64,000 nt of DNA from Fistulifera solaris (taxonomy: Eukaryota): assembly GCA_030295235.1 (NCBI GenBank), contig AP026128.1, positions 682,001 to 746,000 on the forward strand, in the 5' to 3' direction. This document shows positions 1 through 12,200 of the stretch, piece by piece; the stretch's first letter is position 1; every line of letters begins with the position of its first letter. Made by a program: the position numbers and the translations under genes. The notes below the pieces were generated by a model. It searched no databases and was not told the origin of the DNA. It worked only from the letters and a program-made list of their open reading frames with translations.

Positions 1-582
1 ACATCAATCCGTCTTACCGTTCTGAGAGGGAAAGGCCTCTTTTGATGTCTTCGGATGTCCCATACTGTACGGTGGACGAACAATACTCCGGTAAGTTTGA
101 TCGCTATCAATTGCCAGAATTCCACGCAGATGTCGCGTATTCCTTAGCGAGAGACACCATCTACGTGATCCTTTTGTTTCGATCTATCCTTGCGTGGTCT
201 GTTAGGCCACAGTTGACGAATCATGGCATATGGCGGACCCTTTCTTCGATCGAAGGGCTCGTCGTTGACCGCTTTGTTTTGCGGCGTCGTTCGTGAAAAA
301 AGATGTCCTTTACGGCCGCTGGAGCAGGCTCTGGCCTCACTTTGGTTCGCCGCACCATGAATAGCTTCGACTGACATTGTTTCGTCTACTTTCTCTTCGT
401 AAGGGTCCTCAGGAGAACAGAAGACCACGGATCGGACACTTGGTTCACCATGGTCGTCGTCCTTTTCCGCGTGCGGCCCATCAGAATTGAATGTCGTAGA
501 TTCCAAATTCCCTGGACTGACTTTTCCATTCACGTTTACCGATAAGGAAATTTTGGATAGAGGGACAGACGTTGACGCAGCT

Positions 583-3500
583 ATGACGACGACGCCTACC
601 ACGACCATAGTTACTCGTCGCGAATCATCAAAGAAATGTACATCGGAGGAAACCGATCTAACCTTTGATTCGTGGGTCAAAGCAGTCTGCCAATGGCAAG
701 CTGAACAGCAATTGTCTATGAAGCAGACGCAGCAGCAACCGCGACGCAAAGCTCATGCCACGAAGAAGCGCGCTCGGCCAGACGATGACGAACTGCCTCT
801 CCCTAAGCGTGCTGCCATTATGGACAATGATGGACAGTCGTGTCAACGCGTTTGGTCGCAGTTTGTGGCACTAGGTGGGGGTCGAATGTGTTTTGCTCGA
901 CGACACAAAGCGAAGCCGCGTTCTTGGCAAGACCTTTCGGAGCCCGTTGGAATTTTGGGCGATTATCGTTCCGACTCAACACCACCGCTTTTACATCATG
1001 AAAAAGTGCGCATTGATAATGCTGAGGATGTTTGGCAAGCTGTATTGGCATTGTGTGAAGCGCTTGTAACGCAATTGAAACAGCCGTCGGAACAAAGCCC
1101 AATTTATTTGTCACAGGTCATGCGTCTCTTGGATTACTGCAATCAATTACCTGATCCAGAGGATGTGTTTGTTGCCCAACCCCATGATACGACCATTAAA
1201 GATATTCATGAAAATCTTGATTTGCTGCTTGCGCATGTCGAAACCGCCCGCTCGCATCAAGCTCGTCTAATTGATTTTTGGTACCAAAAGGGAGCGGACG
1301 TCGACGAACTTCGTAAGCGCCTTGATATATTGATGAAAGAAAGCCCTCTTCAGCTGGACGAAGTCCACGAACTCAAATCCCAGACAGATGCCGTGGTGAA
1401 ATGGCAGGTGCGAGTAGAAAAAGGTTTTGACAGTATAGAAGATGCCGAAGCACTTGTTCGCGAAGGTGAGACTTTGGGCTTTGAATCAAAGGGGCTATCA
1501 CAGCTTAGATTGAGATTAAGCAAAATTTATGAAATCAGAGAGAGTGTCAGAGAGTGGCGGTTTTCTGGTAGAAAGGAATCCACAAAATTCTTGGCTAACT
1601 TGGTCCGAGAAATCCAGCGCGTTCGATGCCCTTTTGAAGAAGCTCAGGAGGTTTTGTCTCTACAACAGGAGTCGGACTCGTGGATTGACAGAGCCAGTAT
1701 TGCTATTCGAACAAAACTAAGCCTGCAAGAGATGGATGATCTTGTGAAACGTGGAGAAGCACTGCCGTTGGATTTGTCTGAGTTTATCGACAAATTGTCG
1801 ACACGTATTGCTCTAGGAAAAAGTTGGCTCGAGCGCTTCGTGGACGCAGTGCAGCAACCTGAAAGTGATCCATCCCAGTCTTCTTCTTTACATATGTATA
1901 AATGGATGCAAAATATACGACTTGCGTTGAATCCTTCAGCTGAGGATGGTGATACTGTCGTTCCTACCTTGCACGAATTGGCGTCTGAGGGTGGAAGACT
2001 TCCCGTTCAAGTTGATTGCGTACAGCTTCTTCAAATTGAGATCGAAGCAAAAAGCTGGTCGGCCCGAGCGAGGAAGTGGGATTCAAAGCGCCCTAAGCTT
2101 GAGGAGCTGCAGGAACACGTATCTAAAGCTACGAATCTTCGAGAACGTTTAACCATACTTAACAGCAACGAAAGAGATTCCTGGCGACTGGAAGGAGAGG
2201 TAGAAGTTCACAAGCTGGTAGCCGAAGTCGAGACATGGCTTGAAAGATATGATTCTCTTTCGGAGAAATCCTGGTCGCTTGAAGACCTTCGAGTTTTAGC
2301 AAGGGATGCAGAAACGATTCCAGCAAACCTGGGGGCAGCTTCGTCTCAGCTAAACAAAGTTTTGATGCAATCTGAAGACTGGTACAAGCAAAACGAGTCC
2401 CTGATTCGCTGCTGTCAGAACGGAGATATCGTCGATATAATAGAGTTACGAGCTGCAGTTGAGTCCGCTGATGGCGACCTGTTGGTCGAGCTAGACGAAG
2501 CATTGCATCTTCAACGCGTACTCGACCAGGTATCAGATTGGATGAACAAAGCATCATTGGTATCTGGCGGTAAGAAAAAGGGAAAGAAGTGCCCTATAAA
2601 TATCGATGAATTGGAAGAGCTGATAAAACAGGCTGATCTATTACCTGTTAATACTTCGAACCAAGTTGATGCGTTATTGAAGGAGATCGACATCACAAGG
2701 AAATGGCAGACAGTCGCTTCGGAATCATTAACGACCATTGCTCGACGGTTTGACGAATTTCGCTTGGACCTGTTGCAAAGATACGGAAGTCCGGAAGTTT
2801 ACGACAGGAAAAAGATTGCTGATGTCAACGGCACTATGAAAGGGCATGAGTCGTCTACTGATGTTAGGGACCCGGTGGATCTACAAGTGTTGGTCGAGGA
2901 GTTTCACAAGGATGCTGCAAATATGGTTGTAGCAACCCCAGAGTCTACACTGGCGCCCACTTTGGAAGCCATTGGTAGATGGTGTATTCGTTCTCAGAAG
3001 TATTTGGAGAGCCAGCGCGATATTTTTGACAAACGCTTCTTTGGTGCTTTTGATCGATTTATTACGGAAGGCAAAAGTTTCTGTGATTGCAGCTTTGAAC
3101 ACAGTTCATCAAGTGTCGTTACCGATGCTCTTGGGATTGTTAGATCCGCCTTTTCTTTGGTTGTTCGTGATCAGCTTGAACGCTTATCTGTTCTGTCCAA
3201 GGACCGTGAAGATTTCATCAAGTGGTCGAAAATTGCTGAAGCTGCCATTTCATCAGGCGAAAAGAAGACAGCCTTAGAGAAATTAAAGGAAATTTCTTTG
3301 ATGGGTGCGGTATTTCCTCCTGAGTGCGAGCTCGTCGAAAGACTACGAACTATTGTTGACGAAGCGATGGAATGGACATCCAATATTTCGGAATTATTGT
3401 CATCGGGAGAAAAGATAAGCATGGCAGAAGCTAGAACGCTTTGTGATGAAGCGGAAAGGATTGGTTTTGTGTCTACTGAGGTTAAAACGCTTCAAAATGA

Positions 3501-5735
3501 AATAAAAGCCGCCCGAGCATGGTCGAACCAAGTAAAACGAAGTAAGGTCGAGCAGGGCTCTGTTCAAGCAAGAAATGTGCAGTCATTGATTGAAGAGCAC
3601 GAGTCGCTTCTTATTCACATGCCAGAAGAATTGACGAAACTTAAGCATGCCGTTAAAAACTATTGCATCTGCCGAAGGCCCTATGAAGGCTTTATGATCG
3701 GCTGTGATGATTGTGGTGAATGGTTCCACGTTGGCTGCGTCGGCGTGACAGAGACAAAAGCAAATAAAGTGGACAAGTATACGTGTGTTCGCTGCTCTGC
3801 GCTACAATCATACAACTCGTGCGCAGCATCTGTGGCTTGTACAATAAAGAAATGGACAAGCGGGCAAGAATTGAAAAGGGCTCGCCAAGTTCTAGCTCAA
3901 AAACATCAACGCAGGGTCAGGAAGGAGACGAAGCAAATTGAAACTTTGGAACTTGAGAAAAAGGAACTTCTTGAAAAGCTTAGCAAACTTGCAGCGGAAA
4001 TACCTGCATTGAACGAAACGACAGAGAGTATTGTAGCACACGGAGCATCCGCAAGTCAGGACCCTACATTGTCAACGTCAACGGAACAAGGCGGAATGGA
4101 CTCTCTCAATGAAGACGGTGCTCCCTCTACATCGGATGCGGTGACAAATGATATGTTAAAACTAGGAAAGGAGCAGATAGCAAGCAGGCTACAAATTATC
4201 GAGGAAAACGTGGAGTTGTGCAAATCCCGTCTCGTCAAATTAGGAAAGGATTTGAACGTCGAAAAGAGAAATATCGTGAAGAAGATCAATCTGCTCCACT
4301 TCTGAAGAAGTGGAGTATTCGTGTGCGGTCAATCTTTTTAGCGCCTACAACGGAGGAGAGAGCTCTGGCAAGTCGTCCAGGTCTTAACAGCGAGTTGCTC
4401 TCTGACTTAGCCAAAGTGTTTACTGAAGCAAGTGATCTCGGACTAACTCGCTTTGATGACGTCGTCTCAACTCATGATGCACTGGCTCGTCTGGCGTGGA
4501 CATTTCGAGTAATGATTATTCTGGCGAGAAGACCGTCCACAGAAGAAATGGCCGCGCTCGTGAAAACTGGAAAGTGCTTGAAAGGTCTGGATGACAAGGC
4601 TCTACGAGTAATGCGCTTGCTGAAAAAGACTCATGAGAAAGCCGAAACGTGGCAAGCAAAGGTAGCGAAAGCCCTGGCACCGATACCTGGCGAGAGTCAT
4701 AGTTTTGATATGAGTAATCTTCGCGAACTTCTTCGAGCTGCCGACGATATTCCTGTGCATCTTCCGTATGAATCACGGCTTGCGACGGTTATCGAAGACA
4801 AAGGGGTCCGTCACTGTGTTTGTGGAGGGCCTAGCGACGGCCGCTTCATGCTTTGTTGCGATCGATGTTCCAAATGGTACCATGGCCAGTGCTTAAACAT
4901 TTCGAAAGATAATATTGATGAGGATGCTGAATGGAAGTGCCCAGAGTGTTTGGGAGTAAAGATCAACAAATCCGTTCTAGATCTCGCTCGTTTCCACGAA
5001 ACATTTGAAATCGATACCGAAATGGAGGATATCACGGAGGACCAGGATGATGTTTCTTCCAAAGCTCCTGATCTCGATACGCTGTGGCCCCCACTTGGTC
5101 TCCTTGGTTCTGAAAAGGCAAAGGAGGCCCTCGGCGAAGTATGCTGCTCCATTCCAGACAGTGTGGGTTACACCAACGTGACACCAGTTCCCTCGATAAG
5201 TCAGGCGACCGGCAACCATGTGCAACTGCCACTCAGTAGAGTAGACACTGCTACCGCGATGGATACGGCCGTTTCTCATGCAGCGCCAACCATGCCTACA
5301 ACAATACATAACTCTACCACCAGTTCATCAACACCAACGGATGATAATTGGCTTCAAAGAGTGCTCAGCGTCCAAAATTCATTGCCACTTGCTTCTGCCA
5401 CGCTGGCGAATACTTCATTCGGAAACGTAGAGGAAATTGCTGCTGCCCTTCGTGTGCAACAAGCCATACCAACATTGCATCCGAATTTTCCTGGAGGAGT
5501 CAGTAATCACGGAATGACCATGCCTTCGCATCTACACGCACCTCATGGTGGCAACGCTTCGAACCACCCGATGGTACATCAGCCGGTCGTCTCGGCAACC
5601 CCTTCTGCGGACAGTATCACTTCCCTGGAACAAAGACTGGCTTTACTCGCAGGCCGAGACCCTATCGACAGTGAGCTGGCACGACAACACGAAATTCTGG
5701 TGAATGCTTTGTCGGATGCACAAAGAAATCCCTAA
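583..5735 (+). CDS. PLU-1-like helical-repeat protein with two PHD fingers (resembles the KDM5/Jarid C-terminal half); one apparent frameshift near 4250
   Basis: ORFs 487..4305 and 4218..5735 join by restoring one base in GATTTGAAC (~4250). PHD1 is YCICRRPYEGFMIGCDDCGEWFHVGCVG...YTCVRC. PHD2 is HCVCGGPSDGRFMLCCDRCSKWYHGQC...WKCPEC. A long Trp-periodic helical region precedes them. First ATG is at 583. Confidence 0.75.
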
Positions 5736-6138
5736 AATGGCATCTCCTTAGTTTTGAATGAGACGTGCTAAGTACTTCCATAGATGCTTCCGTTCTCCGT
5801 TCGGTGCATTCGTCTCTACAGTATCGATTATAGTCAAAGGTATCTTGAATCTTGAATTCTATGTGACGTTCAACTTCCGAGTGAAAAGCTGCCTAGTCGT
5901 CTACTTTAAAATCAATATTAAAACTCAACGGAAATTGTCTCTGGTACCAAACAGTTCAACGAAAGACAATCTTGAATCTTGTCGGTATCCGAGATCTTGG
6001 CATCTTGCATGCAGGCGCGCGGCTCGTTTTGGCTCATTTTCGCGAAAAAGACTCTGCTTCTTTGTCATCGCATATCGCATAAAATAATATTGCGTCGTTC
6101 TTTACCTTTGTCTTTCTGTGAAAACACACTTTGCAAGA

Positions 6139-7410
6139 ATGGCGGATACAGTAACGGAAGTGACGACGCAAAGCTACGGCTCGCGCGTGAAAAATTCGTG
6201 TTCCGGATTGTGTTGGGGACCGGTGATGATTGTGGCGGGGATCGTGTTGTTGATCTGGAACGAAGCCAACGCCGTGGCGCACCATCGATCGCTCGATCAA
6301 GGCGAATCAAATACGATCTCTGTGCCCAACATTACGTCGCTTAATACAGCGAACGAAGGAAAGCTCATTCACGTGACGGGTTCGGCGACGACGAGTGCCA
6401 CCATTCAAGACGATGTGTTTGGTGTCACCGCCCCGGCTGGTGAATTCTACATCAAGTTGCAGCGATCGTCCATGATGTATCAGTGGACCGAGTCATCGCA
6501 GTCTCAGACGGAAACAAACTTGGGAGGATCGACGACCACTACCACGACGTACTCGTATGAAAAGCAATGGATGCCAACCTTGGTGTCCAGCAGTTCGTTC
6601 AACAAACCGCAAGGCCATGAAAATCCAACGGTCTTTCCTTATCCTGCCGACACGTTTACCGCGAGTCCGGTTAACTTTGGTGCCTTTGTCTTGCCGGAAG
6701 CGATTGTGGATCGCATGTCGTGGCTTTCCAATTACGACGGGCAGTTGAATGTGAGCCAGATTGCTGATTCGAAATTAAGAAATCAAACCACTGTCATTAC
6801 GGGTCCTGCTTTTTATGTGGGAAATAACTCCGCCAACCCACAGGTCGGAGATACTCAGGTGTCCTTTACTGTCCTGAAGGCTCCACAGACCATGTCGATT
6901 GTCGCCGTGCAGATAGGAAATACCTTTGCGCCGTATACGGCCAAAGCGGGACGTGAAATTCTGCTCGTTCAACCCGGAGTCAAAACACAAGCCCAAATGT
7001 ACGAAGAAGCTCACGACAATGTCACGACCGTGGCGTGGGTGCTTCGTTTCGTGGGATTCTTGGTGATCTGGTTTGGTCTCATCCAGATTATGGAACCTTT
7101 GACGACCATGGCCGATGTCGTACCGTTCTGTGGTAACATGTTGGAGACCATCACGTGTTGGATTTTGTTGCCGGTGGCGCTCTTCATTTCGCTCTTTTTC
7201 ATTTCCTTGGCGTGGTTGGCGGTACGACCGTTGCTGTTGGTCCCGATCTTGGCGGTGGTGGGCGGTGGTGGTTATTTGCTTCACCGACACAACAAGCAAA
7301 AGGGAGCGGATAAGAATAGCAGAGAGCTTCCGGAGGAAGATTTGGAGAAGCCTAGTAAGAAGGAGGAAGAACCGAGAGTGCAAGTTGTAGAAGGCGACGA
7401 AAAGGTTTAA
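6139..7410 (+). CDS. TMEM43: TMEM43/LUMA-family membrane protein
   Basis: N-terminal TM ending LLIWNE, NEGKLIHVTG, MYQWTE...TTTYSYEKQW, FNKPQGHENP, NPQVGDTQVSF, and C-terminal TMs (WVLRFVGF...LAWLAVRP). ATG is at 6139. Confidence 0.85.
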   Translation: MADTVTEVTTQSYGSRVKNSCSGLCWGPVMIVAGIVLLIWNEANAVAHHRSLDQGESNTISVPNITSLNTANEGKLIHVTGSATTSATIQDDVFGVTAPAGEFYIKLQRSSMMYQWTESSQSQTETNLGGSTTTTTTYSYEKQWMPTLVSSSSFNKPQGHENPTVFPYPADTFTASPVNFGAFVLPEAIVDRMSWLSNYDGQLNVSQIADSKLRNQTTVITGPAFYVGNNSANPQVGDTQVSFTVLKAPQTMSIVAVQIGNTFAPYTAKAGREILLVQPGVKTQAQMYEEAHDNVTTVAWVLRFVGFLVIWFGLIQIMEPLTTMADVVPFCGNMLETITCWILLPVALFISLFFISLAWLAVRPLLLVPILAVVGGGGYLLHRHNKQKGADKNSRELPEEDLEKPSKKEEEPRVQVVEGDEKV

Positions 7411-7705
7411 TTATTTCAGTGCAGCTTGTTGTTACGATGTCTTTGCAACGGGTAGAACGTGAGAGTGTTAATGGGGATTCAAGTCTTACCCTTTTGGTAG
7501 TTGTAAATGTGTTCCATACAAAATTGTTTTCTAGACTAGTTACAAATACATTTCCTTACTGGTATGATCAATACCTGAAATCTATTCGAAGCGACACATC
7601 ATTAGTTCCGTCAGCTTTATGTTTTCAAGACGGCGGCGGTCATGGCTTCCCGATACAAAGCAAATAGGGTGTGCAAGGAAACATAGACACAGCATTGTAG
7701 ATCCA

Positions 7706-8891
7706 AATACAATTTCCGGGTTCTCCTACAGAGATAAATTTCCTACGGCGGACACGTAATATGCGCGTAGACACTGGAAACTGGAAGCGTCGTATCTTTT
7801 TAATGTTTTACGTTTCACTGTAAAAGCAAAGTCGAATAATGTTTCATGGGTCGCCGAAACGATAAACGATGTTGGGCAAAGTATTGTTGACATTGTGTTC
7901 TCGGCAAGACACGAAAAATGGTGTGATCGGAATTACACGATTTCCGGGTTCCCCCTCTGTCGATAAATTTCCCTACGAGAGCTACGTGAAGACTACGTGG
8001 ACATTCGAAGCGTTGCATCATTCGTTCCATCAACGTTTTCTTTTCAAGTCGATAGCGGTTATTGCTTCCCGAGATGAAGGCAATACGGTGCGTATGAAAA
8101 CGTTGACATCTGTACACTTTTTAAATGCAATAATTGGATGATGGTGAAAATACAATTTCCGGGTTCCCCTACAGAGATAAATTTCCCACGGCGGATACGT
8201 AAAATGCGCGTTGACACTGGAAGCGTCGTATCTTTATAATGATTTATGTTTCACTGTAAAAGCAAAATCGAATAATGTTTCATGGGTCGCAGAAACGATA
8301 AACGATGTTGGGCAAAGTATTGTTGACATTGTGTTCTCGGCAAGACACGAAAAATGGTGTGATCGGAATTTACACGATTTCCGGGTTCCCCCTCTGTCGA
8401 TAAATTTCCCTACGAGAGCTACGTGAAGACTACGTGGACTTTCGAAGCGTTGCATCATTCGTTCCATCAACGTTTTCTTTTCAAGTCGATAGCGGTTATT
8501 GCTTCCCGAGATGAAGGCAATACGGTGCGCATGAAAACGTTGACATTTGTACACTTTTTAAATGCAATAATTGGATGATGGTGAAGAATACAATTTCCGG
8601 GTCCCCTACAGAGATAAATTTCCCACGGCGGCTACGTAATATGCGCGTAGACACTGGAAGCGTCGTATCTTTTTAATGTTTTACGTTTCACTGTAAAAGC
8701 AAAGTCGAATTTTATTTTATGGGTCGCTGAAACGATAAACGATGCTGGGCAAAGTATTGCTGACATTGCGTTGTCGGCAAGACGCGAAAAATGGTGTGAT
8801 CGAATTTACACGATTTCCGGGTTCCCCCTCTGTCGATAAATTTCCCTACGAGAGCTACGTGAAGACTACGTAGACATTCGAAGCGTTGCAT
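7706..8891. repeat. Tandem array, family A: ~440-bp unit, ~2.7 copies; each unit has two related ~220-bp halves
   Basis: The unit start AATACAATTTCCGGG occurs at 7706, 8149 and 8587 (periods 443 and 438). The core TTTCCGGGTT..GATAAATTTCC.ACG..G.TACGT recurs twice per unit. Confidence 0.95.
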
Positions 8892-9235
8892 TTGTCATGC
8901 GTTTGACGTATTGCAATCAATTTTCACGAAGGTCAAAGCGTTTTGTGCCAAAGAGAGAGTGTCTTTCAATTCGGATCATCACCATGCCGGTCAAACTTTC
9001 CGTTATAGAGGCGTCAGCGGTCGGCGACAAGTGTTGGAGTCGGGAGGTCTAGAACCTACACTTCATGCGACACAGTTATTGATTTCTTCGTCTTTTCGTC
9101 TTGCTGTCGACAGCCTAAGATCTGATCTGACCGCCACCAAAAAAATGGAAGCAATAGATTATTCAGAAAGAAATCATTCAGTCAAGTACTTGTTAACCAT
9201 TGACGACAATATCTTCGTAACATAAGCATCGAGCA

Positions 9236-12200
9236 ATGTCTCTCTCTACCTTACAAGCCCAGTTGGCAGCTTTGTCGGGTCGGAGCAAGAATCCTGGGTC
9301 GGTGTACGCCAGTAGTAAGAAGCACGATCAGGCGGTCGGTCGGGGCTTACACTTCTCGACGCAACATGGACACAGTATCCAGACGAAATTCGCCCAGCCT
9401 TCATTGCTAGCAGCAACAGCGAAAGAGGCTGCAGATACACCGTTGCAGGCGTTGACCGAAAACTGTCGAATCGCTTTAACGGAATTGAGCTCGACGAACC
9501 CACAGGAAGCTCAGTTTTGGCTCAACGCGTCGCGTATCTGCAACAAGGACAACGTTCAGTACAAAGTTGTTCAAGAGGTTCTGGTGCACTTGTCGGCAAG
9601 TCTTCGTAAAATCTCCTCCGTAAACGCATCGTGGCATGTGCTGGAGTATCTGCTGCGTCGCTACGAACTTCACGTGAGTCACTTTGAGGATCTCCTGTGG
9701 ACGCTTTGGCCCAGTGCGGATCAGTATCCCGCCATGTTCTTGCGAGCACTCAAGTGCATCGATTTGGGTGAGCACCCATCCTACATGTGGCTACGCGCCT
9801 ATACGACGTCGGAAACCATTCCACCTAGGCAACAGCTGTCGCAGCACGTCATGAAGCACAAAGACCTGCTCAAGAAAGTGTGTACATGGAGCAACCTTGT
9901 GGCTGATTTGAGTGGCGCAGCTCCTGTTCTCAGCTTCACCGCTGCCATTCTCGTAGAGGGTTTGGCTTGGACGCAAAAACAAGGACAGGAAGACTTGGAA
10001 GGAATTTCGAAGATCATTTTCCAGACCGTGTTGAGCGCGTGCGAGGGAGCGTCCCAAGAATGGAAAGGATGGGGTTGGGTTATTTCATCGGTTCTTGTTG
10101 AAACCATGCCTCTTTCGTCGAAATATCTAGGGATTTTGACGGAGAAAATCTTGGAGGATTCTTCGAGCTCGGCAGTAATGGTCGTGATCAGTTTGTTGTC
10201 ACAGCATACAACAGAGCTCTCTTCAGACAAGCGCACTCATTATCTTCCATTGGGAAACGGATCTCACCTAGGTTGCGCGGTGCTACCGAAGGACACCAGG
10301 GAAAAGCTAGTTCAGATTCCTGGGCTACCGTCAATGCTGGGAGAGCTTCAGCGAGAAATTGTTATCGCGCCATTTTTGGCTTCATTTCTTGTCGGCTGTT
10401 TAGCACACGGTAACAGCGGCATTGTAATTGAAATGATTCGTGAAAAATCATTGGAGCTGTTCTGGATAGGAGATTCCGAGATTGATATGGTGGCTTCCCT
10501 TTCTAGTTTTATCGTCCATCAAGTTCTCACTCAGATTAAAGGTTCTCTTGATTCTTGCAAGGCGGTCCTTGATGAATTGCATAGATTCGATCCAGTGGCC
10601 TGCGAACGCGGGATTGGACGAGGTATACAGTGGGGGAATGGGGATCAGGAAGGACCGGCTGACGTCAACCGGAAGAGGCTCTTATCATTGCTAGATGGGA
10701 TCATCGAATTGACCCCAACGACGGAGGACCCCTCGGAAAGGATCAGTCTAGACATATTACCCGCCCGTGTTGGTATCGAGCATGCTGATTCAGCAGTGAG
10801 ACTTCAGGCAATAGCTCGACTTGTCCGCGATGATGTCCAAGGTGACTTATTGGCAACATTCCTTCGGCGATGGGCCAGCGAGGACGATAATCAGTCAGTG
10901 GCGCTTGCTGCCTGCAATGCTACGATAGACTGCTTACAAAAAGATATCAATCAATATTCGATCGAGAAAGAACAAGCATTGCAGTGGACTTTGGAGGCTT
11001 GTTGCTTTTGGGCTAAGGAGTTTTCTGCAAAGCCAAGTGCTTCTGGTGTCAAGGAAATCTTGTGCAAGAGTGTAGTTGCGGCAGGACTGCTATGTGGAAA
11101 GCTCTTCGCATTCCATCACTACCACCAGTGGAAGAGTATCGTTCAATTAATTGTTGCTCACATTCGATGCAAAGAAAACGACGTTTCCATTTTGTCCCAG
11201 CAATCGTTTGTAACGGCATGTGGCAGAAGCGTCGGTTTAAGTGGTGATCTGCCCCGTGATGCTTTCGATCGTGCTCTGGTCGAAGACATGGGTAAATGGA
11301 TGTCCATCATTCCTCCCTCATGGTATAGAAAAAACGGAGCGAATCATGGAATTTATGTTTCGACACACATCAATCGCTCTTCTGATTGAAACGATCACCA
11401 ACTCCAATGACGTTGGTCAAGGAAAGGAGAGTGGAGACATGGTTTTTCGTTTTTGTGTGGAGCTCTTGAAAGCTCCCCAACCTTACCATGAAGTTATTTC
11501 GAAAGGCTTGAAATGGTGCATCGAAAAGCAAGAATACTCAAACTTAGAAATTGTTAAGAACTTGACGACGCTATGCTCTGCCGGATCCGAAGAGGCTTTT
11601 GAAGAAGCTGTGGCGCCGTCGATTGAAAAGCTCTTATCGAGTGTCTCTGATGATTCCAATCAGCCTGTTTCGCCTTTAGCGGTGGCGCTGGAAGTGGCGA
11701 CACGTAGTTCGGTATCTTCAAAGGCGTCAGTGAGACTTTTGAGACTAGCAAAGCGTATGGTTGAAGACAAAGTTGATGGTCCCTGGCTGTGTCTCGTTCC
11801 TGCCCTTTCTCTGATAGAACAATCGGATCAAAGGATTCGAGAAGCATCAAAAGAGCTACTTTTAGTTGTGGCAGAAAGAATGGAATTTGACAGTAGTGAA
11901 TGGAAATCGGTTTCCCTGCTGTGCAGGAGCGTCTTAAGCTCGGTCACGTGGACTGGTGAATCCATCGTATCTAGAGGGTTATCCGCTTGCTCAGGCGGTG
12001 AGCACTTCGACGATACAAGAAGAAAACTGTTAACGCTTTTGTTTTATACTGCGATAGGGATCGGGAACGCACGTTGCACCTCATCCTCCAATAATATTCT
12101 CAGGTCGACGTGGCTTCCCTGTGGAGCTGCCACTGGGGGTGAAACCGCTTCGTCAAATCTTTTTAAAGCGCTTGAAACTACCAGTGAAGAGGTCCTACCT

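Noticed and set aside
144..749. 201-aa minus-strand ORF
   Set aside because: No recognisable domain, it overlaps the PHD gene start, and no clear continuation was found. It cannot be supported, although a divergent gene is not excluded.
4218..4305. Programmed ribosomal frameshifting at overlapping ORFs
   Set aside because: No consistent slippery site with a downstream structure. The same single-base-loss pattern across many genes points to sequencing error.
7815..8554. Duplicated ~100-aa ORFs (also at 21714-22593 and 46799-47661)
   Set aside because: These are by-products of tandem repeats; frames are not conserved between copies.
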